The notes under the pieces were generated by a model. The model was not told the origin of the DNA, did not search any database, and saw only the letters and a program-made list of their open reading frames with translations. DNA of 45,989 nucleotides, the filler included, from Catajapyx aquilonaris (taxonomy: Eukaryota), in assembly GCA_000934665.2 (NCBI GenBank). It is 2 parts of 2 records of this genome, joined end to end, with 100 filler letters (N's around TTAATTAATTAA, not from the genome) between each part and the next. Parts side by side here need not be neighbours in the genome. Positions count along the whole stretch, not along the records: positions 1 to 22,945 come from KZ539418.1; positions 23,046 to 45,989 come from JYFJ02005786.1. One strand, written 5' to 3'. The translations under genes were made by a program, and so were the position numbers. Shown here piece after piece: positions 11,463-23,504 of this stretch; the stretch's first letter is position 1, and each line of letters opens with the position of its first letter.

Positions 11463-12985
11463 ATTGAATGTGCCAATGCTGCACCCAGTGACTTCTTATC
11501 GGGCAGCAATGATTTGTGAGGGATTATGGGGCGTAGCAATGCTCTGATCCTGCTGATCGTCGACATGCCTTCCCCTTCCTCTGTGAGGGCGAGTGTCACA
11601 GCAGCGACGATGCCCGATATGATTTTCTTCGTTAAAAGGTGTTCGATCTTGCCCTTTATGGCAGGCTTGGGCCTCATGTCCTGTACCGCCTTTTTGGCCT
11701 GGGCATAGGGGGCATAGGGGGCGTGTTAATGTCCGGGTCGGGGGTTGCCGGTTCAGGAGTGGCCATCCCTGGCTTCTGGCCTTTCCTGGAGCCAGCCCCG
11801 CCAGTGGTACGGTTTGTGTTCAGGCTTTTTGGAGATTTTGGCAGGGGCTTGGCAGGAGTTGCATCCATGCCTTTTTTCCCTTTCCCTTTAACCTGTCCCT
11901 TCCCCCTCCTGCCTACTATCGGGGTCTTGGGGGAGGAGGGGAGAGGTGCCATTTCCCCAATTCGAGCAGGTGCTGGTTTTGGCGGTGGGACTTGGGGGAG
12001 GCCCGCAAGGACCTCCCTGTATGTGGCCTTGGCCTGTCTTTTGGCCTCTTTATTACTGGCCCCTTCCTCCTCTCTCAGGCGTCTCGCTTCCTTGGCTACT
12101 AGGTGGCGTGGGCAGCCCTTGCTGAAGGACATATGCTCACCGCCCCAGTTCGCGTATTTCCGAGTTTCCGCCTTGCATCTGCTGGCCCTGTGGTTCTCCC
12201 CACAGTGTCTGCAGCGCCGCATGTTGCTGCAATTTTTTGCCACATGGTGAAACCCCTGGCAGTTCCAGCACTGGATTGGGGGGGGGACAAAGGGGGTAAC
12301 ATTTCGGTCGTTGATCCCTACAGTCACCTTCTTTGGCAGAGCGCCTTTGAAGGTGACCAGAACCGTGCTGCTCGGGATCTGTGTCCCGGCGACATTACGG
12401 CTGAAGCGTTTTGCTTTCACCGCGCCCGTCTCTGCCAGGGCCTCTAAAATGGCTTTGTCAGTGCTCGCTCCCTGAACCTTGATTAGGCCCCGGAAGCGCA
12501 TCGTCTGGGAGCTGGCGGTTGCACTGCACGGGATACCGCTAACCTCCCTTACTGCGGAGAGTTTTTCCGCTTCTTCCTCCGTGGCCACTTTGACACGGAG
12601 GTCGCCCGACTTCAGTACCCACAGCTGAAGGGGCTTAACCCCGTATTGACAAATCGATCTGGCAAGGAGGTTCGGGTTTATTCTCCCGTAGCCGTCCTCC
12701 TTGTTTCTGGGCTTGGACGTTACCGTTCTTACCCCCTTGTGGCGTTTCTGGGCCACGCCTTGCTCTAGCTAGTGTTTTGGGGAGAGCCTGTTTGGCAGCC
12801 ATATGGCATACCTTTTTAGTGGGGATCTGTTGGAGGGGAGGGTCTCCGTTCTCCGTATCGCTCCCAGATGGTGATCGATCTCTCTTGGATGGTCTAGATG
12901 GGCCATCCATTGATTCTGCTGGGCTATCCAGCGTGGGATCGGTATCATTGTCAGGTGCTGCTGCACCACCTTCTCGGGCCGCCAT
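11459..12985 (-). pseudogene. I-clade LINE ORF1 (nucleic-acid-binding, three zinc knuckles), frameshifted
   Basis: Pieces 13003-12635, 12756-11674 and 11677-11459; CWNCQGFHHVAKNC, CRHCGENHRASRC and a degenerate third knuckle YANWGGEHMSFSKGC. The last piece's stop overlaps the ORF2 ATG (ATGA). Confidence 0.85.
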
Positions 12986-14210
12986 GGCAGCTTTCGCCGC
13001 CAATTAGTTAGTGAGTTACTATTCTGAGTTTGACAGTGTTACTCTGTTAGTGTCAGTGTCAACAATCAACTGAATCAATCCGTGACAATCGTTCTCCTCC
13101 AGCCCTACTTCCTACGCCAAGGATATACTCTAACAACCGTGGGTCCGATCATCCTCTGAGAGTGTCCGATGTGTAAAGCCGGTTAGGCAGTTTGGGCCTC
13201 TACTTGTCGAACCTTTTCCAACCTACCCGTGTCTGGCAGTATATGGAAAATGCATTTACGGATTGTGCCGTGTTCAGACTGCAGGCATTCGGCAGTCTGA
13301 ATACTTGTCCATGTTATTAGTGGGGCAATGCAACTATTAACGATAGACTTGTGACGTCAGTACTACTGTACTGTATACTATAATATACGAATGTGATCAT
13401 TGATTAGGGGGGTTGGAGTAACAAAAATAACAAATAGATCTGCTGGTTGGCCCTGCGGGATGAAGCCGTTTTGAGAATTTTTGGGGAATTAAATCGAAGG
13501 TGCCAACATTTTTAGTCCGGCCTCTGGCTTTTTAATAGTGTTATTTATGATCGTTTAATATTGTAATTAAGACAAGAAACCTCCCGTATCTTGTCTTTTT
13601 GCGGTGGAAAAAATTAATTAGTCAATTCCAGTGTCAGAGTCTGGGCATTACTTCCGTCGACGTATAATAACCAGTTCTGCCCGATATCTTTTTCATTGGC
13701 GACCCCAGAAAACCGTCTCGTAAAATTAATTAGCGACCGCCCAGATGTGCACATTTTGATTCCCCCAACATGAAAAGACAGGTAAAAAGGGAAATGAAAA
13801 TCATTTATAACATTACTTAATCTATAAAGTTTTGAAAGTTGGCAACCGCGCGATATGTCGGTTATTTTCTGCCACTCCATGCGGTCAAAAGTATGACTGT
13901 TATGTCATGGTCAAGCACTTCGGTCATTTTACGACCGCGCCAATGGTCAAAAAATATGACCGAATTGGCGGTGACTACTCCAGATCGGTCAAATTTGACT
14001 GAAGTATTTCCCGGGATGATGGACTATTTAATGTTATTCTCCATTGTTCATAGCACTCTCATTTTCATAGACTGGCATGACAAGTATGATCTGCCATAAA
14101 TTTATTTAAGAAAGGAGACGCTCACCCTTAATGAATATCTTGGTGACAACACCTAGCCACTCTATTTCCCAGAATTAAAACCGTCAACAATACTTCTCGT
14201 TTGACAATGA

Positions 14211-14776
14211 TAGTCCGGTCGAGAAACCGAAACCCGTGCGTTTTTTGAGGGGACCTTTTTTTATGATCGCAGATTATTTTTGACATCCCAAGGATGAAAT
14301 TTAGCGTGGGAGCCATTTTTGTAATCTTGGCGTTTGGCCGCCATCTTGAATCCAAAATGGCCGCCGCCTCCTTTCACGTTTTTGCTTATAACTCCGCTGT
14401 GGTGCATTTCAGAGCAATGTTCTCCTCTATGAAAGTTACAGAGAAGTGTATGACACATTTAGCTACCAAAGATAATATCCTGGTGGTGGTAGTTCCAAAG
14501 TTACGGCCGGCTTTATGATTGAAGACTGGAAAATTGAACAATTACGCTGTCCTTTTTTACTGGTAACTTTGTTTTCGTTTACCGACGAAATATTTTGCCG
14601 AAACAAAAGTGTGAGAAAATGTAATTGCAAGCATTTCCATACCAAGACTGACCTAATCGGATAATTAGGAGTGAAGTAATCTTACGTTTAACACATACAC
14701 AATTAGAATTTATTTTCGGCGAAAAATAGTCAAATCGTGAAACAAATTGTCATAGACACAAAGTAAGGTTTTTTAG
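14211..14776 (+). repeat. Left terminal inverted repeat of Academ element (~566 bp)
   Basis: Near-identical reverse complement of 19618-20224; mirrored ORFs in the track (MDSRWRPNAK.., MVWKCLQ..). Confidence 0.92.
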
Positions 14777-14894
14777 CCTCAGAAAACTATCCCGAACCAA
14801 AAGTCTAGGAAAATCTGAACAGGGGAAAGCTGCCATATTGGCCGCCATCTTGGATTACTGCGAAAGCAGTCGAGTGCCCATAACTTATCTGAAG

Positions 14895-17800
14895 TCAATC
14901 ACTGCACTCTTCATCTGTATCGGTGTCTTCCATGGATGAGTCATACACAATCGGGTTGACTTCTTCTCCTTCCGTTTCTAGGACAGATTCCCCTTCGTTG
15001 GATTGAGGCAACTGGACTCCACTTGGAAGTGAGGGTATGGTGTACATGACAGGTCTCAATCCATCTTGGTGGGATTCCCATCCGAAGTTAGTAGGGTCCA
15101 GCCGTTTTGCAAGCCTTGAATTCTTATATTCATAAGCTTGCAAGTGACTTCGAAGACAGTGTTGTCTAAACGAGTCCTCGTCGGGAGGCAATCTGGCAGA
15201 AGCATAATATCGTAACTGCCGCCACTTACGTGCTCGGGCTTCGCACAATCGTTTGCTCACTGGGTCATTGTAGATGATGCTAATCGTTAATAACTCCAGT
15301 TGAAGGAACAGCTCATCGGATAGTTCCTCTTCAACTCCAAGTCGCTGTATTATTTGTAGGTACCTCATATTATTTGGCTGAAGAATTCGCTTCATTGATG
15401 TGACCTTCCCCAAGCTGAAGAAACCTTCTACTGTGTCACAACCAGTAAATGTGTAGACTCCAAGAGCAGCACACGCTTTGTCTTGTTCTGAGAACAATGA
15501 GCGACAGTTGTAAAATTCTGCACCATTTCCCGATTTTTTCTTGTACATATACATGTCATGTTCACTTAGGTGACTGATGTACGAAGAAATAACCCACACA
15601 TCTGTGTCTTCGAAATCAAAAACAACTGAATGAGAATCGCCTAACTGTGCTGCTTGGAAGAACGCCCTGGTATCTGCTTCACATGAACACGGTACGCGGT
15701 GCTTCGAATCGGGGATCGCATTCGCCGGATGTGAGATCAAAGCAGAGAAGATCCATGGTGTAGTACCAGTCAGCATTGTGCTCATAGGATTGCCACTCAT
15801 TCAGAAGGAAGTGTTGCAGCCTCTGTTTGTTCGCAGGCTTCGACAGAAATGAATGCCAAGCATTCCCTGTAGGCATTTGCTGGTCAGCAACAGGGTAAAC
15901 GTTTGGGACGAACCCGTACGACTGCATGCGACGTTTCTGCTCGTGATGCTTGGTACTGTCAATCAAGGTTTCTTCACTGTAAATATCATTCACTAAGTGA
16001 AACGCTATTGCTTGAGGATGGCGACTTAGTATGTACCTATACAGGTTGGAGGCATAACGACTCCAAGTCGTGCACGCTGGCACCTTGTTCCATGCCATTC
16101 CGACATCTATGACGACATGGTAAAGTGGTGGCGGCGTCACAGGTTGGAGAGTCAACAGTGTCATGAATTTTGACTTAACTGGTTTATGGAACATAGAGTC
16201 AGCTGTGAAAAGAGATAGGCTCACCGTTGTTATCCTATATTCCATAATATCCAGTAGAGTCATGGTAGGAGTTTCGCCACTCGTTAAGAGATCGACGACT
16301 TGCTTCGTTGCAGTGTGGTCCACCAATGTCCTCATTTCTTGCTTGCTCTTTGTGGACGCAGTCTTTGTCGCTAACGTCTTGCGTTTTCTTTTGCTGATAG
16401 GATCGTGCAGCGATCGAGTTCCATATGAAAGTCGGTCCAAGATTGCTTCTGCCATCGCATTCCCCTCGTCATGGGCTGTGTGCAGACTCTTGACTACTTC
16501 CTCCGACGCTGGCTGTCCAGTGCAAAGTGAGCGAAGACTTGTTCGACTTAGGTCCCATGGGTCCGCGTCCCATTCCTCCAGAGCAAGTTTCACTTCATGA
16601 ATTACATGCAAATCTTTGTTCATCCTCGATGGACCCAATTCTGGGTGGCGGTAAAGAGGTTTCTTCAGATTTATGGTTTGTTGCAATTGCTCTCTTAAGT
16701 ACAACACAGCAGGTCTGCTAAGGATGTTAATAGCAATCATGGAGAGATTCTTGGAGAAACCAACCCAGCCACCACTTCTTCTGTTCTTGGACTGTTTGTT
16801 CATGGTCATTTCAATGACCTGGTCGGGAGGCAATTTGCTGTAACTCTTGCCAGTCAACGAGAATGAGTATATTGAAGCCATATGTATCTTCTCTTCCTCT
16901 GTCAAGGTGGACATTCGCCAGTAGTAAAGAGAGAGGATGCGCAGATAATTTATGTTGCCATACGCCGCTAGAAGAGGAAGCATTCTGCGACAACTATCTA
17001 AGTATTCTTCAAAACTTACTCCACTCCTTAGACAGTGGTAGTGCTCAAACAGCACTTCCACATCAATGATGTAAGAGAGCCAAAATTTTGCCATATCTGA
17101 TGCAGACTCTAAGATATCTTGAAACATCACATGCACGAATTTGTTAAATGAATCTGATGCAACAAAGTCCTCACTTTCTTGTTATGTAGTGATATCTACG
17201 ACGTGTTCTAAACCGTTAAGTAGGTCTGGGTCATTCTCAAGACATCTTTGAATCAGCATGCGTAATAAAGCTTCTGCTATCAATTTGTGCAGACGCATTG
17301 CCCTGTTGTAGTGTTTTTCAGATAATGCTTGCTTTACACTGCCTGCAGCAACAATACCTGCAGCAACAGCTAGCTCCTCGATACCACTTCCTGTCATTCT
17401 CTTTCCTACAGCATTAAGGTATGACATCTCTGTGTGAAATCCACCTAACACGCCCTTTACGAGAGACCACCTATCCTCTTGCTCACACAGACATTCTTCA
17501 ATATATTTATATACTGCTTGATCACCTACAAGTTGAATTAGTGGCATTTTCTTGTGTTCCGCAACTCGTTGACACCAATCCAGCACATCTTTCACAACTT
17601 CTTTGCTTGGTGGCTGAGCGTAAGACTTGACATTATATGTTTCCCACTTCTCCACATCGCTTTGAAGGTTGCAGTGATAACCAATATATGAGGGTACATT
17701 TCCTTCCACTTGAATCACACGCATAAGTGAGTGAGCAATTACTCGGTGTACTATTGGTGCTTGTTCACCGGATTCCAATCTCTTTGGTTGTAACTCACTG

Positions 17801-19298
17801 CATACGCCATCGTGGCTAGAGTTTTTGGCGACAACAGGACAGGCTAGAGTTCTTTTGACTTCAGGCGTTGGTATAGCTAAAGCTATTCCATCGCTACCTG
17901 CTTCACAGCGAGAAGATATTGGTTGGCATTTTCCTGTGATTAAATGCATTACACCTTCAGCAAGGAAACGTACAGCTGGTTGCAATCGTTCCGCAACCAC
18001 TGCGCGGTCTTCTTCCAGTTTAGCATGGGGATCCGCAAGCAAAGCTATTAAGTTGTGAATATCATTAGGGGTATTGTCCTTTTGCAGTTCTTCAACCTGA
18101 CAGGGCCATGGTAATCCAGGCATGTTTCGATGCTTACCGTGTAGAATTTTAGCAACATTCTGTATCAAGTTGGAGGTGTTCGTGCCCCAACTATTCAGCG
18201 CACTTTCGACATATCTTCCCCCGTGCTTAGGAAAAAAGACTATTGATGACTTATTTCGTCTGTATCTCGACTGAAACGCAATATCCTTTCCAAAGTGTGT
18301 TTCCAGTTTTTGGCGAAGTGAGCGTAGGGCGTGCCTGTCGTCGCAGGTGTTCCGGATTTCATCGTTTGTTATCTTCATATCTCTCTGAATTTGCTCATAT
18401 TCGTATAGTAAGTCCCTGAGCGTGTAAACTTCTTTGTGGGTGTCCAAGCACTCACCAACATATTCACACAGTTGATTGAATGCCATGGTTTGTTTTTCTG
18501 TTAACCATTTCAGTCGCTGCTGACGTTGTTCTTTTTTGGCATCACTCGCATTCTGGTTGTGCACTGGTCTGCAGTATGTCTTCCAGCAGTCTTTATGATA
18601 TCGAATATCCAACGCCGCAGCTTTCAGTATCCCCCCTTCATTGTCACAGAATGTAATTAGAGCTTGCAGTCTATTCTTGGTTGGCTCATCTTGAACGTAG
18701 TCGACCGCCTTCGAGAAAGTTTCCCAAGCACCCTGCGTTTCCAGTCTGTGATACGTGACTGGTGTTCTTCCACCTAGGTTGTCTCTAACGGTTTTTCCTG
18801 CCAAGGTTTTGGTACAAATAACGCAAGACGAATGAGTAAAATCCATACGGCTACTTCGTGTACGTGGTTCATTTGTCTGGGGAGTAGGATTTCCAGCAGC
18901 TTCTCCCACATTTGCTCCAAGGATGGATTTCCTATGAGTGTCCGGCGCTCGTGTTAGTTTCTCGCCAACAATTTCAAGCTTGCAGAGTTTGTGAACTTTC
19001 CTAGGCACAGCGTCAACTTGTATTTTCCCATGGATATCATCAAAGCTCGTCCCCAAACCCTTCCACTCTTGTGCTTTCACTGCAATGTTGTTCCAGGTGT
19101 CCTGGTTTGGTTGTTGTAGTGGATTTTTCTCGGACGTTGTTGATTGCTCACATGATATAACACATTAGCCTTCTCTATCTGCTTTGGTTTTCTTGCTGGT
19201 AGGCTCTGGTGGCGATGCAACCAACAAGGCTTGTCTCTTTGTTGATTTTGATGTACTAGGAATATGGCTGTCCATTTTTCCACGTGTCTGTTATTCAC
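14895..19298 (-). pseudogene. Academ transposase fused to XPG/FEN1-like (PIN-fold) nuclease; nonsense codon and frameshifts
   Basis: IRYHKDC, VGDQAVY, LGGFHTEMSYL, HYNRAMRLHKL, PPDQVIEMTMNK (transposase); VIDVG, LVNDIY, EADTR, DTDV, TGCDTVEGFFSLGK, LPPDEDSFRQHCLRS (XPG-like). ORFs 19080-17182 and 17136-15679 are in one frame separated by a TAA; frameshift near 15690. Confidence 0.82.
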
Positions 19299-19617
19299 TC
19301 ACTGTATCAAAAGAACAAATGATAAACTTAGTGTAAGAAATAAATAAATAAAACTGAAAATTAAATGGAATAAAACCATAACCACACTGTTTTAGATTAA
19401 TTTCCTTTTCAGTTCACAGCACAACTTCTAATGTAATTTCAAATTACAAGGAAAAGGGCTACTTACATCTGGGGCCACGCCATACACAGACTCCGGTCGG
19501 CCCAACACATATCCTCAAGATGCCCCAAACCTCACACTTCATCAACACTGGTCCCTCCTCAGTTTTCTCTGTAGTCTGGCGCGATTGGCTGGATCTTTCT
19601 TTCCTTCCCTAGACTTA

Positions 19618-20224
19618 CTAAAAAACCTTACTTTGTGTCTATGACAATTTGTTTCACGATTTGACTATTTTTCGCCGAAAATCAATGCTAACTGTATATG
19701 AGTTAAACGTAAGATTACTTCACTCCTAATTATCCGATTAGGTCAGTCTTGGTATGGAAATGCTTGCAATTCTATTTTCTCACACTTTTGTTTCGGCAAA
19801 ATATTTCGTCGGTAAACGAAAACAAAGTTACCAGTGAAAAAGGACAGCGTAATTGTTCAATTTTCCAGTCTTCAATCATAAAGCCGGCCGTAACTTTGGA
19901 ACTACTACCACCAGGATATTATCTTTGGTAGGTAAATGTCTGTCATACACTTCTCTGTAACTTTCATAGAGGAGAACATTGCTCTGAAATGCACCACAGC
20001 GGAGTTATAAGCAAAAAACGTGAAAGGAGGCGGCGGCCATTTTGGATTCAAGATGGCGGCCAAACGCCAAGATTACAAAAATGGCTCCCACGCTAAATTT
20101 CATCCTTAGGATGTTAAAAACGAGATGCGATCATAAAAAAGGTCCCCCCCCCCNNNNNNNNNNNNCCCCCCCCCCCAAAAAAAAAAAAAAAAAACGCATG
20201 GGTTTCGGTTCCTCGACCGGACTA
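19618..20224 (-). repeat. Right terminal inverted repeat of Academ element (contains a small N gap)
   Basis: Reverse complement of the left TIR; expanded C/A homopolymers around Ns at ~20154-20165. Confidence 0.92.
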
Positions 20225-20607
20225 TGAGTACTACGTGCAGCTCAAACTGACATGGTCACAATCTTCACACCTACAGGTGGCATGTGTTCCAAGCAATCAT
20301 ATATCCCTGTCAGTAATTAAAACACCAAACATGAAATCTGGGAGTGGGGGAGGAAAATAAATTATTTGTGAAATGTTACAGGCAGGACCAAAATAAATCC
20401 GTTATTTTCCTCTGCCGTCTCATCTTTGGCAAAGAAACCAGAAAAATAATGATTTGGACCATTTCGGCAAGTGTTAGATCAATGACAGATGTGAAAATCA
20501 CTCCATCTCCAGCCGGGACCAGCCTTCGAGTCTGTTATAACCGAAAGTCTGTTACAGCCGAGGCTACTCGTATTATATCCAGATTCAACGGTATAAAATA
20601 ATGTTAA

Positions 20608-21026
20608 AGGGACACTCCACTCAAAATACAAGTTGGCCCCCAAAAATCGGGAAAAAAATCCTGATTCCGAATGTGCAATCGGTTTTTTTCTACGCCCACC
20701 GGTAACACGGAAAATCATATACAGTATGTACACACGTCGTCTGCTAAGAAGGGCGATACAACAGCATCCCGCGGCAAACCGGAGAAGTATAGTGCGCGCA
20801 CAGTGACAACTGCCGCGCCAGGCACGCCTGGTCTAGTTCCGCCCGGTTCAACTCTGGGGGCGTCGCCACCTGCGCCACCTGCCCCGCGCGCGGTTTTCGA
20901 ACGACACAATTCCAGCTTTCACACTGGCATTACCGTTCGTCTCTAAGAAAAACTGCTTATACCCTCGGAATCAGGATTTTTTGCCCGATTTTAGAACCCA
21001 ACTTGTATTTTGAGTGGAGTGTCCCT
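20608..21026. mobile_element. Kolobok-like MITE
   Basis: TIRs AGGGACACTCCACTCAAAATACAAGTTGG / CCAACTTGTATTTTGAGTGGAGTGTCCCT; TTAA on the left, TTCA on the right. Confidence 0.75.
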
Positions 21027-21029
21027 TTC

Positions 21030-21527
21030 AGGGGAGTAAAAAAATACGGTAACAGTCGGTAACAATGCGAGCCCTTGGCGACTACGTAAACAAACTCGCG
21101 TTTGCATGGACAGCATATGGGGATTCGACATGTCCACGCTTCGGCGGCCTTACGGCCACAAAAATGGAGCAATGGACACAAAAATTACGCCAAAAAATAG
21201 GACATGATCTGGCGCAGGGCACCTTCGGCGTCATTTTACCATTTTCGGCCTAGAAGTGACCTTTTCATTGAGTTGAAGTGAAAGGAAAATGGCGTTCCCG
21301 AAAAGCCCATTTGAATAACATGGCGGCAGGAACGCGACAAACTCGGGAACGCTTCGGCGCCCGTATGTCCCCAATTTTAATGCAATCATATTGACTATGG
21401 TACCATAGTGAAGGCAAAATTCCGCAGGGCCCCTTCGGCGTGATTTTTCCGATTAACCGTCCGTTTCGCCACAAAAAATATAATTCCCTCAAAAATGCGC
21501 CTACCGTATTTTTACTCATGCGCCCCC
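21030..21527. mobile_element. Second TTAA-targeting MITE abutting the first (degenerate left end)
   Basis: AGGGGAGTAAAAAAATACGGTA versus TACCGTATTTTTACTCATGCGCCCCC followed by TTAA; internal repeat GCAGGGC(A/C)CCTTCGGCGT. Confidence 0.5.
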
Positions 21528-21759
21528 TTAAAGTAAAAAGCAAACTCAGCGGTTGCCGTAGGCCCGTATAGAGGAGATAAACAAGTCGGTTTCCAGGCAA
21601 AGGGCCGAGTATTGTTGACAGTTAGCACACGGTGGCAAGTACAGGGTAGCTTGGACTAGCTAATGTAGTGAGAAGAGCAAATAAGGAGAGATTGACCAGC
21701 AGGTGAGCTCAGCAGTGATGACAGCCACTGATTCCACAGCTGAGTTGAGCAACGTACCG

Positions 21760-22401
21760 GTGACTTTTCTTACCCACCTGATTTTTGAAATTTTTTGGAT
21801 TTTCTAATTCTGCTTGTCCTATAGTGTTGAGAAAACATCACCTCCGCCCCTAATTTCCACATTAGCAGGGTGAAAATACAGCCGAAATACAGCCAAAAGG
21901 CGATGTTCCGAAGCCACAACACTCGCATCTGGTCCCGCGTCGCCGGCCAGCGCCAACGAGGGATAAATAGGGTACAAGCCGTAAAGGTCCGCCATCTTTG
22001 ATGGTTTTACCATGGCACTTCACGGCAAGATCATGTGCGAATTTGAATATATTTTCTGTATGAGCTCCTTTAATGCACTTTTCTACGTATTAATTCCTTA
22101 AGTACGGCAAAAATATTCAATTCGCGCGTGTTCTTGCCATGAAGTCCCATGGCAAAACTATCAAAGATGGCTTTACGGCTTGCCCGGGCCTGCCTGTATC
22201 CTATTTATCCCTCGTTGGCGCTTGCCGGCGACTCGGGACCGGATGCGAGTGTTGTGGCTTCGGAACATCGCCTTTTGGCTGTATTTTCACCCTGCTAACG
22301 TGGAAATTAGCAGCGGAGGTGATGTTTTCTCAACAATATAGGAAAAGCAGAGTTTAAAAAACCCAAATATGTTCAAAATTCAGGAGGGTAAGGAAAGTCA
22401 C
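21760..22401. repeat. Long fold-back element with ~290-bp imperfect inverted arms
   Basis: GTGACTTTTCTTACCC..CCTATAGTGTTGAGAAAACATCACCTCCGC.. is mirrored by ..GCGGAGGTGATGTTTTCTCAACAATATAGG..GGGTAAGGAAAGTCAC. Confidence 0.85.
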
Positions 22402-22629
22402 TTTGGATGTCAGTGAGTCCGTTGCTAGACTCACAAGGGACACTTTCCCAGTGCCACTCACGGATTTTCATGAAATTTGGTGTAGGCTATTGTTAGCCCA
22501 CCCAAAGGGATGAAAAGCACAGACAGTTACCTGCTCAAAATGACCATGTGATCAGGGAGCATATACTTCATAAGAGGCGCAAACTTCTGTCGGCGCCTTT
22601 GATGTCCGCGTCTCTCTGTTTATAGGGCG

Positions 22630-22945
22630 TTGCCAAGGCTGGCGGCCATCTTGAAGTGTGTGGTGCGCCAACGAGGTATAAATAGGGTACAGGCAGGCAG
22701 TCAAGGTCCGCGGGGGTCCGCCATCTATGATGGTTTTGGCTGCCATGGCAATACACGGCAATAACACGCGCGAATTTGAATTCGATATTGGAAAATGGGT
22801 AAGAAAATTGTTATTGCCGTGTATTGCCATGACAGCCAAAACCATCAAAGATGGCGGACCCCCGCGGACCTTGACGGCCTGCCTGTACCCTATTTATACC
22901 TCGTTGGCGCACCACACACTTCAAGATGGCCGCCAGCCTTGGCAA
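22630..22945. repeat. Fold-back element sharing its core with 21760-22401; runs into assembly gap
   Basis: Near-perfect ~135-bp inverted arms TTGCCAAGGCTGGCGGCC.. / ..GGCCGCCAGCCTTGGCAA. Confidence 0.85.
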
Positions 22946-23045
22946 NNNNNNNNNNNNNNNNNNNNNNNNNNNNNNNNNNNNNNNNNNNNTTAATTAATTA
23001 ANNNNNNNNNNNNNNNNNNNNNNNNNNNNNNNNNNNNNNNNNNNN
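22946..23045. other. Artificial scaffold spacer (N44-TTAATTAATTAA-N44)
   Basis: Exactly 100 nt, symmetric Ns around a palindromic six-frame stop linker at 22990-23001. Confidence 0.9.
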
Positions 23046-23395
23046 TTATTTTTAGATGTGCCTAAGTATGTTTGGACTGGACATTACAAGGTTGCCAAAT
23101 TGGAAGTCTGACCATGAACTTCGCGATTTTTTCCACTGTGCAGTGCATTTCAGTTTAGCTACCTCTTTTGCAATGGTAGTATAATTGTTCTAATTCACAC
23201 TATTATGCATGTTTTGCATCAAAAATTGTGATTGTGAAGCAAAATCAGCACCCTACATGTTTTGTTGGTATGACCTACATGAAAGCATCCCTGCATTACG
23301 ACTTATGTGCACCAGTTTATTACCATAGCTAGTGTGCCTTATTGCAATTTTTATAGTAGTGCATTAATGAACTTTTACACTCATTCTTCTTCCAG

Positions 23396-23504
23396 ATGGA
23401 CTTGGAAATCCAGAGACTATAGAATTGCAGTACTTTGGATCTCGGGAAGAAGAAGTGAAGCTGCAAGCAGCACCTACAACAAGGATGCATGATGTTCCTG
23501 AAGA
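23396..23504 (+). CDS. Internal exon A of an unidentified acidic, low-complexity protein
   Basis: ttcttcttccag| ... GAAGA|GTAAGT; reads GLGNPETIELQYFGSREEEVKLQAAPTTRMHDVPE; phase 1 in, phase 2 out, matching the next exon. Confidence 0.55.

Larger units (their letters stand above)
3600..13073 (-). mobile_element. Decayed I-clade (I/Nimb/Jockey-group) non-LTR retrotransposon interrupted by nested insertions
   Basis: Gag-like ORF1 with CCHC knuckles; ORF2 with APE (WNPRSL, VTETW, GDFNAH, GSDHFP) and RT (QAGFRRGRST, DIKGAFDSV, QGSTISSVLFN, MFADD, FLGLTLD); TCAGTT initiator-like 5' end at 13073-13068. The 3' boundary is approximate. Confidence 0.88.
14211..20224 (-). mobile_element. Academ-superfamily (AcademX-type) DNA transposon, both ends present
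   Basis: Long TIRs 14211-14776 and 19618-20224 with TAGTCCGGTCGAG..CTCGACCGGACTA ends; 3-bp TSD TGA (14208-14210, 20225-20227); internal transposase + XPG-like ORFs. Confidence 0.88.

Noticed and set aside
11639..12250. 203-aa plus-strand ORF
   Set aside because: Antisense shadow of the GC-rich LINE ORF1.
14128..14645. Duplicated small genes (MDSRWRPNAK.., MVWKCLQ..) mirrored at 19749-20227
   Set aside because: These are incidental ORFs inside the Academ TIRs.
22552..23001. Paired sense/antisense ORFs suggestive of a toxin-antitoxin-like module
   Set aside because: Artefact of a palindromic repeat next to an assembly gap.
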